A DNA stretch of 61,573 nucleotides, filler included, from Sphacelaria rigidula (lineage: Eukaryota), in the NCBI GenBank assembly GCA_964200075.2. It is 8 parts of 8 records of this genome, joined end to end, with 100 filler letters (N's around TTAATTAATTAA, not from the genome) between each part and the next. Parts side by side here need not be neighbours in the genome. Positions count along the whole stretch, not along the records: positions 7,711 to 15,319 come from CAXNAA020014104.1; positions 15,420 to 23,028 come from CAXNAA020014105.1; positions 23,129 to 30,737 come from CAXNAA020014106.1; 5 more parts are not named here. One strand, 5' to 3'. A program made the translations under genes and the position numbers. Of this stretch, positions 13,501-26,699 are shown in pieces (the first letter of the stretch is position 1; every line of letters starts with the position of its first letter). Under the pieces are notes generated by a model. The model did not search any database. It was not told where the DNA came from and worked only from the letters and a program-made list of their open reading frames with translations.

Positions 13501-15499
13501 CATTCAGTACTGCCGTACTCGCGGATATATTCGATCTACGAATATATTCAGTAATGGCCTAGAAAATGTATACTTTCTCGTATTTTGCCTTGGAGAGGTA
13601 CGAAAAATGACCATAAACGAAAAAACAGCTCAAAACACAATCCAGACCGATTTCGCTCCGAATTTTTCACGCACAGCAATAGGGAGGCTTCTCGGCACGG
13701 GAGGCTCCTCGGCACCCGGGCCTCGAAACAAAAACCCAGAAAAAAAACATTTCACTCGCGAGATATGGCAATGCGCAGATTGAGGTCTCGCCTCCAGACA
13801 CCACCTTCCCTTTCTAGGCTTAATTTCGGCCAGGTATATCTGATGTAGGAATTATTTTTCAATCGTGCATTATCTAGGCCACCAGTCAGCCCAGAAAGTA
13901 CCTATCCTGGGCCATTGCTTCCCACACTGTACCTGATGCGGCACACTGCGCGCAAGGGAATTCACGCGCCAACTCCAAACATGGCGCCCGCACAGTCAGC
14001 TATTTTCCCGTTCATTTGCCGTTCACGATCGCCACAACGACCACACCCCTTTCTCACCGGAAATAGTTCCCGAGTCTCTCCGCATCGACACAAGAACTGG
14101 ACTTAAAATTCACAACGCGTCGATCTTTTGCGCTTGCGGAGTTTTTTTGTAACATGGTGCCATTGCGATCTGGGGCTGGTGTCGGCGTAAAGCTAGGCTC
14201 TTCTGTCACCAGGAACGGTCATCACATCATCGCGATGGTTGGTACAAGGGACGGACAAGAACCGTCACGCGTATCTGAATAGTGACAGCATGGTAATAGC
14301 GTTCAGCCCCAAAGAGTAACATGCGCCCAACATAAACACACACGCAACCATCACATACATCTCGATCGTGCGTGATAATCACCAATGACGAGTGAGAAGT
14401 TCTCGTCGAAATCGGTCTGGATTGTGTGTTCAGCTGTTTTTGCGTTTCTGGTCATTTTTTGTACCTTTCTAAGGCAAAACACAAGAACGTATGCCTTTTC
14501 TAGGCCATTGCCGAATATATATGGAGAAATACTGACCGTATGCTCTCCATCTGCACCGGTGGACCTACGGTACACAGTACAGAATCCAGCAGCAGCCGTG
14601 CAACGAGTCGCCGAAAAACAAGCGATGGACGCACAATATCAGGAGACCGGAGCCGCTGCACGAACCCCCATCCCATGAACAGGCCAACCATCATTCGAGC
14701 AGAAGATGCGAGCTACAGGAAAGGGACAAGCCGGCGTATGCCGTAGTACTCGAGTACAAAATGAAGACCAAGTGACGACACAGCTGTGCTGGGCACAGTG
14801 CACCGCGGGTACAGCGTACGGTCTGGACGAACGGCGAGCAATAGACTGTCTGCGGAACACCTCTAGTGGCAAGTCATGCGATACCGTAGTGTCCATAGAA
14901 ATGTACGGCAGCAGGCCTGGGTGGACGCATGGTTCACATATATGTGCATTACTGTGGCACGAACCTGGGGCTGCTCTACACGATCCTCGTTCGTCGGGAA
15001 AATGCACAGGCATTTGCACAGGCGAGCGGCAATAGTCCCGAGCAGATCAAGCTCTTCCTGCAGCGGTCCAGGTCGTGGTCCACCAAGCACCGGCGTTAGT
15101 GGTGTGGTAAAATACGCAGGTGCGAAACAGAATGTGCGCACGTATAATGGAACAAATTATCGTCAGTGATGTTTTCACAAAAGACGGCACATGCCGACTC
15201 AACATGGGAAGGGAGACCACAACTAGTACTTGACGGTGGATATGTCACAGAGCAATGCTACGGTAGGGGTGCACTTTTTTCGCGAAATTTTGTCTGGTTC
15301 AGGGGCTCCTTATGATTCTNNNNNNNNNNNNNNNNNNNNNNNNNNNNNNNNNNNNNNNNNNNNTTAATTAATTAANNNNNNNNNNNNNNNNNNNNNNNNN
15401 NNNNNNNNNNNNNNNNNNNCAACGACGATCTGACTCGAAATTTCGAGCAACAAATGCCCCAAAATACCCCCACCCCTATCGTAGGATGGCTCAAGTGAC

Positions 15500-15960
15500 A
15501 AAGCTAACTACTTTTTTCTTTGCATTGCCAGAACACAGATCGGACATAGACATGGAACAACGGAGCTAACAACCTTTTTCTTCGAGTCACCAGAACACAG
15601 ATCGGGTAAAGACATGAAAAAACACAGCTATTTTTCTCTTTGAATTGTCCAGAACACAGCCCGGACATGGACATGTAATAGTAAAGCTGACCATTTTGTT
15701 ATTTGCGCTCCCAGAACACAGACGGGATATCGCCATGAAATAGCGAAGCTACATTTTCCCCCTTGCATCAACTAGAGCACAGCCCGGACATGGACTTGAA
15801 ATAACGGGGCTAACCATCTTTTTCCTTGCATCACTATAACACAAACCGGATACAGACGTAAATAATGAAGCTGTCCATTTTCTCTTGCATTAATCAAAAC
15901 ACAAGCCGGATATAGACGCAAAAGAACGGGAATAACATTTCTCCTCATCACCAGAACGAA
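15500..15960. repeat. Degenerate tandem repeat, about 60-bp unit, about 7-8 copies
   Basis: CCAGAACACAG.(T/C)CGGACAT.GACATG.AA...AGCTAAC..TTTT recurs at about 15528, 15591, 15649, 15711, 15773, 15833, 15892 and 15951. Confidence 0.85.
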
Positions 15961-17289
15961 AAAATCGAGATGCTTCTCTCCATGTCACAAGAAAAGCAAG
16001 ACAAAAAACAAAGACCAAGCCCCAGACTTGTAAGTAATAGCGTGAGTGTTGACCACTTGACGTGCAAATTCGAAAGTTCAGGAATATATAACAGGTACAG
16101 ATAGAATAAAGTCGCCACATATTGAGTTCACATGAAAGTTAGGTCTCGTGGTGAGATACCCCGAAAACATACCGATTTTCATGGGGTGATGGAAATCTGG
16201 TCAGTCATTCTCCAAAAAATTCTGACATGAGGTGGACAGGCATCAAATGAAGGGAAGGGGTGGATACTTCATGACAAACACGTCAAGACCTACTGCACCC
16301 ATGAAACAAACACCCTGCCGATGACCGACCACATGGCCAAAGATGAGCACGAAGCGGTACGTAGATATCTTGAGATCTTGAAATAATAGAAGCTAGAAGC
16401 TAGGACATGATTTAGGGGAATCGTTGGCCAAGCTTTCGGCAGCGAAGGTCTACTCGAGAGCGTTAGTAGAGTAGCGGCCCATGGTGAACTGTACATGAAA
16501 TGGGAGGAAGTGATGATGTACGGGACATCCCGATGTGTGAGTAAGACTTCATGTTATACAAGCCGGCCTTAATTTTTACACGGTGAAAATGATCCTCCTG
16601 GAGGAAGGTAAACAGTACAGTAGCGGGGCAAGAAAATAGATGATACGATCGTGGGACGCCTGCATGGATTGCCATGCAGATCGCCTGGCACAAATGTGGG
16701 TACTTCTGTCGAGGGCGTTGAACTCGGCTTCAGGCTACGAGCCCGTGTTGGAGGCATTATTTAGTGGTCGGTGAGCCAAAAAAACCCGAAAGACAACAGA
16801 CCCCCGGCAGGTACTAGGATTGGGATATCCAAGTAGCTTGACTACGCCCCGCCGAAAAACTGAAAACAAACAAGCTGGAGGTACTCTCGAAAGACATCGA
16901 GAGCGATGGTAAGCAAGGCGGGATAGAGAAAAATAGAGTGGAGGGGTAAAGTATGAGTAGTGCTGATATTCGGAGTCCGTAGCGATATCACGAGATAAGG
17001 AATACAAGGAAATGCGATGAAGCAGGACTACTGTATAGTGTTTGGCAACAGGAAAGGTAGAAAGGGAGGGAGAACAATCCGAGCCACACCAAAACAGAGA
17101 GCGAGCAAGGAGTGGGAGAAGATAGAGACAAGTAAAGTGTCGGCATGGTTGAGGGGATAGGATGGAGGGTATGTGTAGCGAACGGAACAACAAATCCACG
17201 ACGTAGCCCTCGGGTAAACGGAGGAAACGGGAAGCAGGAATAACCAAATGCCCGGAGGGAGAAGGAGGAGAGATAGCAACCCAAAGCAG

Positions 17290-19235
17290 AGAAGAATCAA
17301 TCCGAAAACGGAAAAAGGAATCAAGCAAGGGAGAATAAAGTGAAACATGTTGAAAGAGAACAACAGACAAAGGGAGAGTAGACAATAATTCGAAGAGGAA
17401 GCTGAGAACAGGACCGTGGAACGTCTGTGGATTCGCCACGGAAGAGCGCAAAAAATAATAGAGATGAGAAGGATCAACTCGAAAACGGAAAATAAATCAA
17501 GCAAGGGAGAATAAAGTAAAAAAATATGGAGAGAAAACAACAGACAAAACGAGAGTGGATGATGAATGGAAGCTGAGAATAGGATCGTGGTCTGTGGATT
17601 CGCCACGGAAGAGCGTAAAATAATACAGATGGCCGAACAAATTAGTGAGCGCGACCTAGATATATTGGGAATCCAAAAGTTATGGGAGCAAGATGGGGGG
17701 AAATAGGTCGCACGATTAGAGCGTACGAATGGATAGGGAAGTAGAGGAAGGGACAGGAAACGCAGAAATAGGGATGTGGGGGAAGCAGTACGGTTATTAG
17801 TCAAGAAGTACCTTTGTGACGTAATAGAAGTGACCAAAGACACATCATTCGACGATAGATATGACTAAGGGTACCAGAGAAGTGGGGAACAAAATATTTT
17901 TTAGTACGGAGCGTCTATATGCCCTTAGGGTCGAGGAGTGCCGTAAACGATGTACAGAGGAGGTATGGAGAGATAGCAGCAGGTGCACAGAAGCATGAAA
18001 GGCAAGGAGTAATGTTAGTGGGAGAATTTAATGCAAGGGTTGGAGAGCAACTTGACCGAATGATGACATTGGCAAATACAAAAACGAAGAATACGGGGGG
18101 AATAAAGATGTTGAAGTTTCGTGAAAAAAGCGAGATGAATACGCTGAACGATAGAGTACAAGAGCCAGATCCGCAGTGAACATGGACTGTTGTTGTTCTT
18201 ATTGTTGTCTTGGACATGGACTAGACAGAGGAACCAAAAGAGAGAGAGCTCCCTTCTTGGCTTCGTAGTCGTAAAATATGGGAATGTCAAGGAAACGGAA
18301 GTGCCGGTATGCGCAGCGGATGTAGGAACTATGGATCATTGCCTAATACGGACAGCCAAGAGACGAGAGCTATCAAAGAGGGCAAGGCCGAAATTCGTAA
18401 AAATGGAGAGCAGATGAACTAGAAATAGAAGAAAAGCAGCAAGGGTTCCAAGAAGAGATATCCAGAAGTGTAGTGAAGGTTTCCGAGCTGTTGGAAAATA
18501 TAGGTACAGCTAATACAGAAATGAACAGGGATTGGGCAGGAGCGAAGATTACAGAAGGATGGGAGTATTCGGTCAAGACCATAGCAAGTAAAGTCATAAA
18601 TAGAGACGAAACTGGTCGTATGCAACAGAGCACTCAAATGGTGATTTTCGGAAGCGAAAGAGACTTCAAGAGTAAGGAGAGAGACGCACGCGAGATACAC
18701 ACCGAGTAGAACTACGGTAGGGAAGGAAGCGTACGCTGAAGCTAGGAAAGAGGTGAGAACTATGATGGAGAAAAGAAGTAGGAAATGCGGAGAGATGTAG
18801 TCAATGAAAACAAATGAAAATTTTGATGGCGGGGCGAAGCAAATATGAGGAGGGATACGAGGGATAAAGGGGATACTGGCAAACAGTCAGGAAAGGCAGA
18901 CAAGGAGATAGCCACACTAAGAGCACAGAGCGGCAAAATTGATAGTGTTAGAGGGGGATATGTGGGAAGTAAACGAAGGTGGCATGAAATGGTTTGGTAT
19001 ATCAGACAGTAGGCAATAGCGAGAAAACGGCCGCTATAGTAGGAGATAGATGGTGGCCACAGACGGCGCAACAGGAAAGGGATATGATGTTGTATAGAAG
19101 AGACGTAATGAGCGGCCAAATTTTGGAGGTGTCTCCATTAGGATTAGGAACGGTGCTCCGTCTCGAGAGGGATCTGTGGTCAATGGCCAAATGACTGAGC
19201 CAAGCACCGAATGAGTACACTCCCTCCCCCCGTCC
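17290..19235 (+). mobile_element. Decayed non-LTR retrotransposon (LINE): APE endonuclease region joined to the family 3' end
   Basis: Frameshifted APE motifs DLDILGIQKLW, VYMP, MLVGEFNARVG (GDFNA-like) and GTMDHCLI (SDH-like). 18950-19235 matches the 3' ends of the copies at 29560-29850 and 34090-34400. A duplication of about 170 bp lies at 17290-17450 / 17460-17620. Confidence 0.8.
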
Positions 19236-19589
19236 GCTACCAAGTGTTTTCCCCCCTCGGGTTTCCCGCAAAATGCGGCGACCGACCGCCTGAAGTCTGA
19301 AATTTGTCGTGGGGAAGTCTGAACACTGTTATCGAGTGATACAAGCTGGTTCACGGTTATCGACCTGAAAACAATCATCCGCAAAACTTCACGCCATTTT
19401 CTGGAGTTAGATCCTGAATTTTTGCACAATTTTGCTGTGGGTCTTTTCGCAAGCTTCGAAGGTCGGGATTTCTTGTTCCTTCACTTTTTCACTTTATAAA
19501 CTGTTTTTCGGGGATCCCAGGGTTTTTGGGAAAACTTCCAACGTCGGACGGATCAGTTCCCTATAGCTCAAGCTAGCTCTTTTTGAGCG

Positions 19590-20085
19590 TAGCTCCCGAG
19601 TGAGCTATGAGAGCTACATGAGCTACGCATGTTTTTCCTGGGGTGAGCTATGAGAGCTGTATGAGCTACGCATGTTTACCGTTCGTGAGCTACCAAGCCG
19701 TAGCTCATCAGCTCATATTCGTCCTGGGTGAGCTATGAGAGCTACATGAGCTACGCATGTTTGCCCGGGATGAGCTACTAACCCGTAGCTCATCAGCTCA
19801 TATTCGCCCTGGGTGAGCTATGAGAGCTGCATGAGCTACGCATGTTTGCCCCGGGTGAGCTATGAGACTACATATGTTCGCCCTGGGTAAGCTATGAGAG
19901 ATGTATGAGCTACGCATGTTTGCCCCGGGTGAGCTATGAGAGCTGCATGAGCTACATGTGTTCGCCCTGGGTGAGCTATGAGAGATGTATGAGCTACACA
20001 TGTTTGTCCTGGATGAGGTACGAGAGCTAGGTGAGCTGCGAGTTATTGCCCTGGATGAGCTATGAGAGCTATGAGAGCTACGATT
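19590..20085. repeat. Minisatellite, about 40-bp unit (GGGTGAGCTATGAGAGCTACATGAGCTACGCATGTTTGCCC)
   Basis: About 12 degenerate copies are directly visible. Confidence 0.9.
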
Positions 20086-20549
20086 GCCTATGCCCTTGAC
20101 CGCGAGGGTAGGAGGTCTCTAAAATGGCATCATTCACACCCGAAAAATAAAGTTTATTATGCTGATTTATTAGATCGCTAACCTTCGCGATCAAAGGGCT
20201 AACCCCTTGACGGCGAGCATAAGCCATCCGTTGAATTGGCTCCAATTTTACTCCAAAAATGTATGCATGACCAGATGGACTCGTATTCTCGCGGCCAAAC
20301 GATCAAAAGAAAAGAATCGATCGATTGTTTTAGACACTGAATACTAATATTTTTTTCAACCGTCCGACCAAGCGAACGAGGATATGTGTTGGCTTCTTTT
20401 CTTCCTATCGCTAAGAGTGCGGCAAAACATCACGACCTAATGTTACATGGCGTCATCCGTTTGAACAAGAATGTTACATCATAAGCTACACGGGGTGGGC
20501 TAGCGGCGATCTAGGCATATGACGTGAGTGAGCCACGACCATGTGTCCC

Positions 20550-21090
20550 TTGGGTGAGCTACCGGGCGTAGCTCATCCGCGCATGTTTTCCCCGAGTGAG
20601 CTACAAGAGCTGCGTGAGCTACACATATTTGCCTTGGGTGAGCTAACGAGCGTAGCTCATCCGCATATGTTTTCCCTGGGTGAGCTGTGAGAGCTACATG
20701 AACTGCACATGTTTGCCCTGGATGAGCTACCAACCCGTAGCTCATCAGCTCATATTCGTCCTGGGTGAGCTATGGGATCTGTACGAGCTACGCACGTTTG
20801 CGATAGGTGGGCTACCAACCCGTAGCTCATCAGTTCAGATTCATCCTGTGTGAGCTATGAGAACTTCATGAGGTACGCATGTTTGCCCTGGGTGAGCTAC
20901 CAACCCGTAGCTCATCAGCTCATATTTGCCTTGGGTGAGCTATGAGAGCGGCATGAGCTACGCATGTTTGTCCTGGGTGAGCTACCGACTCGTAGCTCAT
21001 CAGCGCACGTTTACCTTGTGTTGAGCTATCGGACGTAGCTCACATGTACATGCTTGACTGCAAGTGAGCTACCGCCCGCAGATGAGCTAG
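20550..21090. repeat. Second block of the same minisatellite
   Basis: Alternating GGGTGAGCTACCAACCCGTAGCTCATCAGCTCATATT and GGGTGAGCTATGAGAGC units, same orientation as the first block. Confidence 0.9.
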
Positions 21091-22399
21091 CTCATGAGCT
21101 GTCCTACGTGTGGAAAACTTGGATCCCGTCGGACACCCGAAAAACGGTAAAAATGTGAAATAAGTGAAAAACTTCGTCCATCGAAAGTTGCGTGATGACC
21201 CATAGCACATTTGTTCAAAGTTTCAGGTTCTAGCTCGTGAAAACGGCGTGGAATTCTGCGCGTTTGTGCGATGACGTGAGCTTGAAACGTGCAAACTCTT
21301 AACTCCTTGGTCTTAGTATGAATATATATCTTGGGGGTGTATTTAACGTGAAGGCGAGAAACACTCCATGACAGTTTCGAGGTTCTCGACCGAAAATTGT
21401 ACATATGTTCCTTGGACTACCCCGGGGTGCATCGTTTTATTTTCCTTATTTTGAAGCATTTCTGTACCACCTCACGGAGGTCTTCACACTAAGACCTCCG
21501 GAGGCTGGTCGAGAACGGAAAGGCTCTGAGCTGTGGTCAAGAATACACTTTTCCCATTTGAAGCATCAACTCCTGCGGAACTGCCAACTTTGAGGGCGAT
21601 CTGAGCTTTTTTACGACAGATGCAAGGGAAACCGTCACGAGGTTCCCCGAGTCGTTCGTTATTATCATCAGTGGACATTAGACAACGCCAAAAGCCCACA
21701 TCACCGACACACCACAGTTTCGGGTATAATTCGACCCCGTAGTAACCGTTTTTCACACCTGTTTTTTCCGTGAGAACCCGGGTCTGATGTCGGTCATTAC
21801 GATTGGAAGCATGCAGAGATTGGGTGAAAAAATGAGCTCGGAATTTGTATGTTCGATTTTAGAACAATTTGTAGGGCGCTGATTGGTCGAGGTACCTTTT
21901 CGCCCTTAGCGCCACCACTATGGCCTTAGACACAAATTCGGCTATGTCACGCTCTTCAGCTGTCCATGGCGGTCAGTTGATATCATGCATGCGACTATTG
22001 GGTAGGTATTGCGAAGGGCATTTGCTGATGACACAATTTTGGGTGATAAGCGTGAATCAGCCTGTATCTCGATAGCCACACGGATTATGTTTGACAGCAC
22101 GGGGCGTTTTACACGTAACCTAGGGTCAGGGTTTGAAATATCCCAGAGTGCTGCATTCTGCACTGTGCAATGAACACCGCACCGTAAGCTCAGACGTAGT
22201 TGTTACCCCCCGCGCTGGTGGGCAGTCAAACTGGTACATCGACCCAACCCTAGGGTTTGCGCTAATTTCATGGGTTCGATTCCTGACAGTTTATCATTCG
22301 TCTTTTTGTTTATTTCATTTGTGGTTTATTTCATTTGTGCTAAACCGTGGGGTCGTGACTGAGCTATTTAGAAAACCATCGAGACTCGACGGACCGCGG

Positions 22400-22401
<2 letters not shown>

Positions 22402-22434
<33 letters not shown>

Positions 22435-22701
22435 GTGTCTTGTCATCCCATCTATTCTGGACGCCAGTCTACACCATATGTGGACGCATCAGCCGGGGTC
22501 ACACAGGAGGAAGGCCAACACAGGAGTTTTTTTTTTTCTGTCGTTTCAGGACTACACCTTCCTTCTACGGCGCTTGCCTTTATTTTTTATCGCGAGAAGG
22601 GTTCAGCACCCCCTTTCCCTCGTCGACCGTTAGGTCGAATTTTTATGTACCCACGACATAGTCGCTCTCCACTGTTGGGCGTGGTGCGAGAAAAATCCCA
22701 G
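22402..22701 (-). mobile_element. SINE family A copy, 5'-truncated, with (CA)n tail
   Basis: Homologous to 8650-8853 but lacks the tRNA head. It ends in the (GT)n microsatellite at 22402-22432. Confidence 0.7.
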
Positions 22702-23465
22702 ATCGTGTAGTTGTTATGGAACATTCGATAGTTGGTTTTCAGGAAAGCACTGCAGTCGAGGAGAGATGGGGTGGTCCTGGATAGTACATTTTCAACGAAC
22801 TCGCCCTGCAGCAGGGGTCGGGTTGAAAATATGACAATGGGAGGATACATGCAGCAATTGGTGTGAGCGAGGAATCGGACAAGTTGTATGCATGTATCGA
22901 ATCGTGTTCGCGTCTCCCCCCACTTTTTCGATGTTTTTATTTTTTATTTTTTCTCATCTCGTGTTCCTTGTGCGTCCCCCCCCCCCCCCCCCCTCCTTCT
23001 TTTTTTTTTTTTCTGGCTTGTTTGTTTTNNNNNNNNNNNNNNNNNNNNNNNNNNNNNNNNNNNNNNNNNNNNTTAATTAATTAANNNNNNNNNNNNNNNN
23101 NNNNNNNNNNNNNNNNNNNNNNNNNNNNCGAACATCAGGCGCTGTATGGCCATTTATTTCGTGACACTTTTCGCTGGTTTTGGGGGGGGGCTATCGTAGA
23201 AAGTATCAGACTAGTCTTTTTCTCTTGCTTGGAGGAAGGAGGAAAACCTGACCCAACACTTACCCCGCGAGCCAATTCGTGTGCCGATTCCCCAGAAGGT
23301 CGGTTAGACCGCCCCGCGGCAGTCATGTGGGGTAGGCGCCTCGAGCGTTTGAAAGCTTTGGTCAAGGAGGGTGTAGGGATCCGACTCAGAAAACACCTCC
23401 TGTCAACCTGGCGCAGTGCGTGGGCCCCTACTCTCATTATAATCTTCGACTCTAAGCGGAAGACT

Positions 23466-23723
23466 TGTGACGAAAATTCGCCGTACGTTGAGTTGGTAGT
23501 GATGATATGGATAATGACTAGGGGCACGGAGATTCCGGAGGGTTCTGGATAACGACCATGGACACGGAGACGGTATCTGCAGATCTAGAAAGCTGGTGCC
23601 CTGGAAGGTCACTCCTGAAAAATGAGAATGTTGTAAAGGTTGACAACTGAAACTGAGGTCAGTGAGACTGGGGAGTCCCTCAACAGCAGTGATCCAACAG
23701 TGCTTCCACTGGCTGGCGTCACA
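23466..23723 (+). repeat. 5' LTR (258 bp)
   Basis: TGTGACG...CGTCACA termini; direct repeat of 28250-28484. Confidence 0.92.
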
Positions 23724-26699
23724 ATATCGATATTAGTGCTGGTGCTAGTGTTGAGTGCTAGAAACAAAGGATTTCGGTACGAGTCTGGGAGCTGTGGAAA
23801 CCTGATACACCACGGACGCGTGGAGAGGGTTCCAGCTGAGGCGGCTGCAGAACGGCGGCTGACCTGCCATTGATCCAGACTGGAGACTTGCTGAAGCTGC
23901 GTGCAGCGGGAGTTTGAAAGCTCCTACGACTGTGTGGTGCGGCGACGAAGCAAGGGAAGTGCAATTCGCGAAGGTCCGCTGGCCGGCAAAGGTTCGCAGA
24001 TAGCCGGTTACATCTGCAGCTCTGGCGAAACCCGTGGTCATGCGGGGAGATTTGCGATCTCCCCAACACGGGGATAGGTACTCAGAGAGTGCATCTCGCA
24101 CTTTTATTGCGAAGTACTTGGAGTACAAGAAGCGTGTGAAGCACGCTAACGCAGGGGGTGCTGTGAGGTATCAGGTGGTGCCAACGGCTCAACAAGTGCC
24201 AATTATGTGCAGAGAGTGTTTGCTTGTTTGGAGCACAAAAATATCACAATCACCCCGCCCCAATTGGTTGCGGCGATAGAAAATCATGCTTGGTATGCGG
24301 TGGGTACTTGCCACCGTTGTGGCCAGGTCGGCCATTACGCGCGCGATTGCCCAGCGTCTTCCGGTGGAGAGTCTGGCAGTCTCATGCCGCGCGCCATCAG
24401 CATCGCCAGTAAAAGGGCAAAATGATACAAACAGAATAGTGTTGGCGATAGTTGTTGTCAATATGCAGATCTCTACTGTGCGAGCCGAGTACTAGAGCGA
24501 AGCAACAATAGTATTTCGGTCATACAAGTTACGATGTCTCGCTAGCTCATGCATGATATGACTTACTTTAATATATGGTTACACATTCCACTATTCCATT
24601 TGTGCACACAATTCGTTTCTGACTACTGTGTCGACCTTCTTGCATCTGCTCACTGCTTGAATCAAACATCTTTACAGTCTCACCGTTACTCCTGAAACAA
24701 TCGTGAGCTCACAGCACGTGGGAAAAGTCCAACGCAGAACGATACACAACGAACGTCACGATATTCTCGATCACAGCTTCAGGCCGATTCTATTTCTCTT
24801 TCTTTCTTGGTGTTGACTTGCACTCCCAAGAGGTTCTGCACTTCAGAAGAAGAAGTGAAACGCCAGGGTGACAGCTGATTGAATCGATCCTTGGAAAGAA
24901 CGGAATCCAACGAGATGCAAAGAGGCATGTTTATGTATTCCGTCTCTTGATGGATTACATCACCTTCACCCCTGATTGCGGTACTAGCCAGTTCCCGCGA
25001 TCAGCCCTCCGGGCGTAGTGTCGTTTTGAAACCGACGCCCCATCATCGTACTACCCTTATCCACCACGCCACGCCGCGATCTGTAACAAAAAGACGAGGT
25101 GGTCGTGGTGGCGGCGGCGGATACTCCGGCGGCGGAGGGTCGCAGTCGAGTCCTCGGGAGCAACAGCAGGGGCAGCGGCGTCAGCATGGGATTGGTTATG
25201 AGTCCGGCGCCACCGTAGGTGCTGCTGCTCCGCAACGTGCGGTGCAGGTGGGACCGACTTCTACAGTGTCGAACACTGCGCTGGCGACACCGGCAGCAGC
25301 ACCAGGCGCGACGCCTGCTGACGCGCTGGTCGGAGGTTCGCCAAATTTTTGGTCTGCTGGCTGGGAGTCATACCCGCCGTCGGTGTCGTTTGAACTTCCC
25401 GGGGTGTCTTCGTCTGCTGCGCAGCCGTGGCGTCAAGTGGGGTTAGCGGCGCATCGGTCGGCGAATAAAGGGCCAGTAGAGTCTGCGCACAACTACGTTC
25501 CTGCGAAGCTGTGTCTTCCAAATCAACGGGAGCGTGGAGCCATTGCGGTTCAGGCTAAGTGGCATTCTGGCGCCCACTTGGCGGATCATGTGAGTATGTT
25601 GGTACAGACTGGAAATGTGTTGGAGAGTCTTCTCCCGGGTGTGCCGCTGCGCATTCCGTTTTCGCTCGGGGCGCTGCAGGCCGTCACCGCATCGGATCAA
25701 CATGTTTAAGTCACAGAGCGTATGTTCCGCTGCAGCTGACTTTGATGACTCCCTGGGGGCCGGCGTAGTTGCCTGCAATCTCGTTTGCAATCATGCCGGG
25801 GTCGGATGGCGTCATTCTTCTGGGGTTGCCGATGACTCAGGATATTAGAGTCAACGCTCGGCGGTTGTGCGACTCCATGAAGACGCGGATGTCTCCACCT
25901 AGTCCGCACTTGGAGACGCCCGCCGTTTTGGCAGTCGTCGCGTGAGCTTATCGGTGGATGCTTTTCAGGAGGCTGGAGGGCAGGTGACCGAAGAGCGGGA
26001 TGCGGGGATGGAACACTCAATAGAGCGCGGCCCGGAGATGTTAATGATTCCGGCGGAAGAGGGGTCCGCTCGGAAGGTCGCGCTGGAGGAGAGCGTGACG
26101 GATGCTGGGGCGACAGGCCTCAGCATCTCAGAACCGGAGCGCCTGCGTGGCATATTGCATTGCCGCGTCGACGCATTTTGTCGTGCGCTGCGGGGTGATC
26201 CCCCTGCGCGCGTGGAGCCCATGCGTGTTCAGCCAAAACCTGGGGCGATCGCGGTGGAGACGAAGCCGGGGCGGTACGATCCAGTGAAGTCGAGTTGGTT
26301 GGCATTGTGCATGGCGGCTCTTTTGGCGCTTGGGTTGGTGTTACGGATTATGCAGGCGGGGTGGTCCAGTCCAGAGATGGCGTTTCGGAAGAAGGCTGCA
26401 TCGTGGACGGAGGGTAGGCTGCAGGCGTGGGCGGCAGCGAAGGATCTGGTGGCTCATGCCGTGACACTATTCCATCCTCGTCTTGATTCTCAGGTGTCAA
26501 TGTTTCCGGATGCATTTAAGTGCCATTGGGGTAGTTTGGTCATGCAGGTGCCTACTGTTAAAATTGAAATACCTGTGCGCGCTGTGGCTGTGTATGGTCC
26601 GTGTGAACCTGATGACTCGATGCCGTCCACATCTGTTGTCCGCTAAGCGCAACGAAAGACCTTGGGGCCGAAGATGCGGATGTGCAATCTTTCGAGTCG

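Larger units (their letters stand above)
19380..21260. mobile_element. Foldback-like element: long degenerate inverted arms enclosing AGCT-rich tandem arrays
   Basis: 19380-19560 aligns with the reverse complement of 21095-21260. Internal arrays of a roughly 40-bp unit lie at 19590-20085 and 20550-21090. Confidence 0.65.

Noticed and set aside
14350-15170. Overlapping ORFs of 70-126 aa on both strands
   Set aside because: No motif or consistent exon structure could be recognised.
15500-15960. Possible CRISPR array (about 60-bp period)
   Set aside because: The whole unit is homologous between copies, with no identical repeats or unique spacers, no cas genes and a eukaryotic context.
16735-17843. 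Long hydrophobic minus-strand ORFs (238 and 271 aa) as membrane proteins
   Set aside because: They are antisense to a purine-rich LINE strand; the Leu/Ser/Phe richness reflects composition only.
19590-21090. Possible CRISPR array or repeat-protein ORFs
   Set aside because: A degenerate minisatellite without spacers; the short ORFs are by-products of the repeat.
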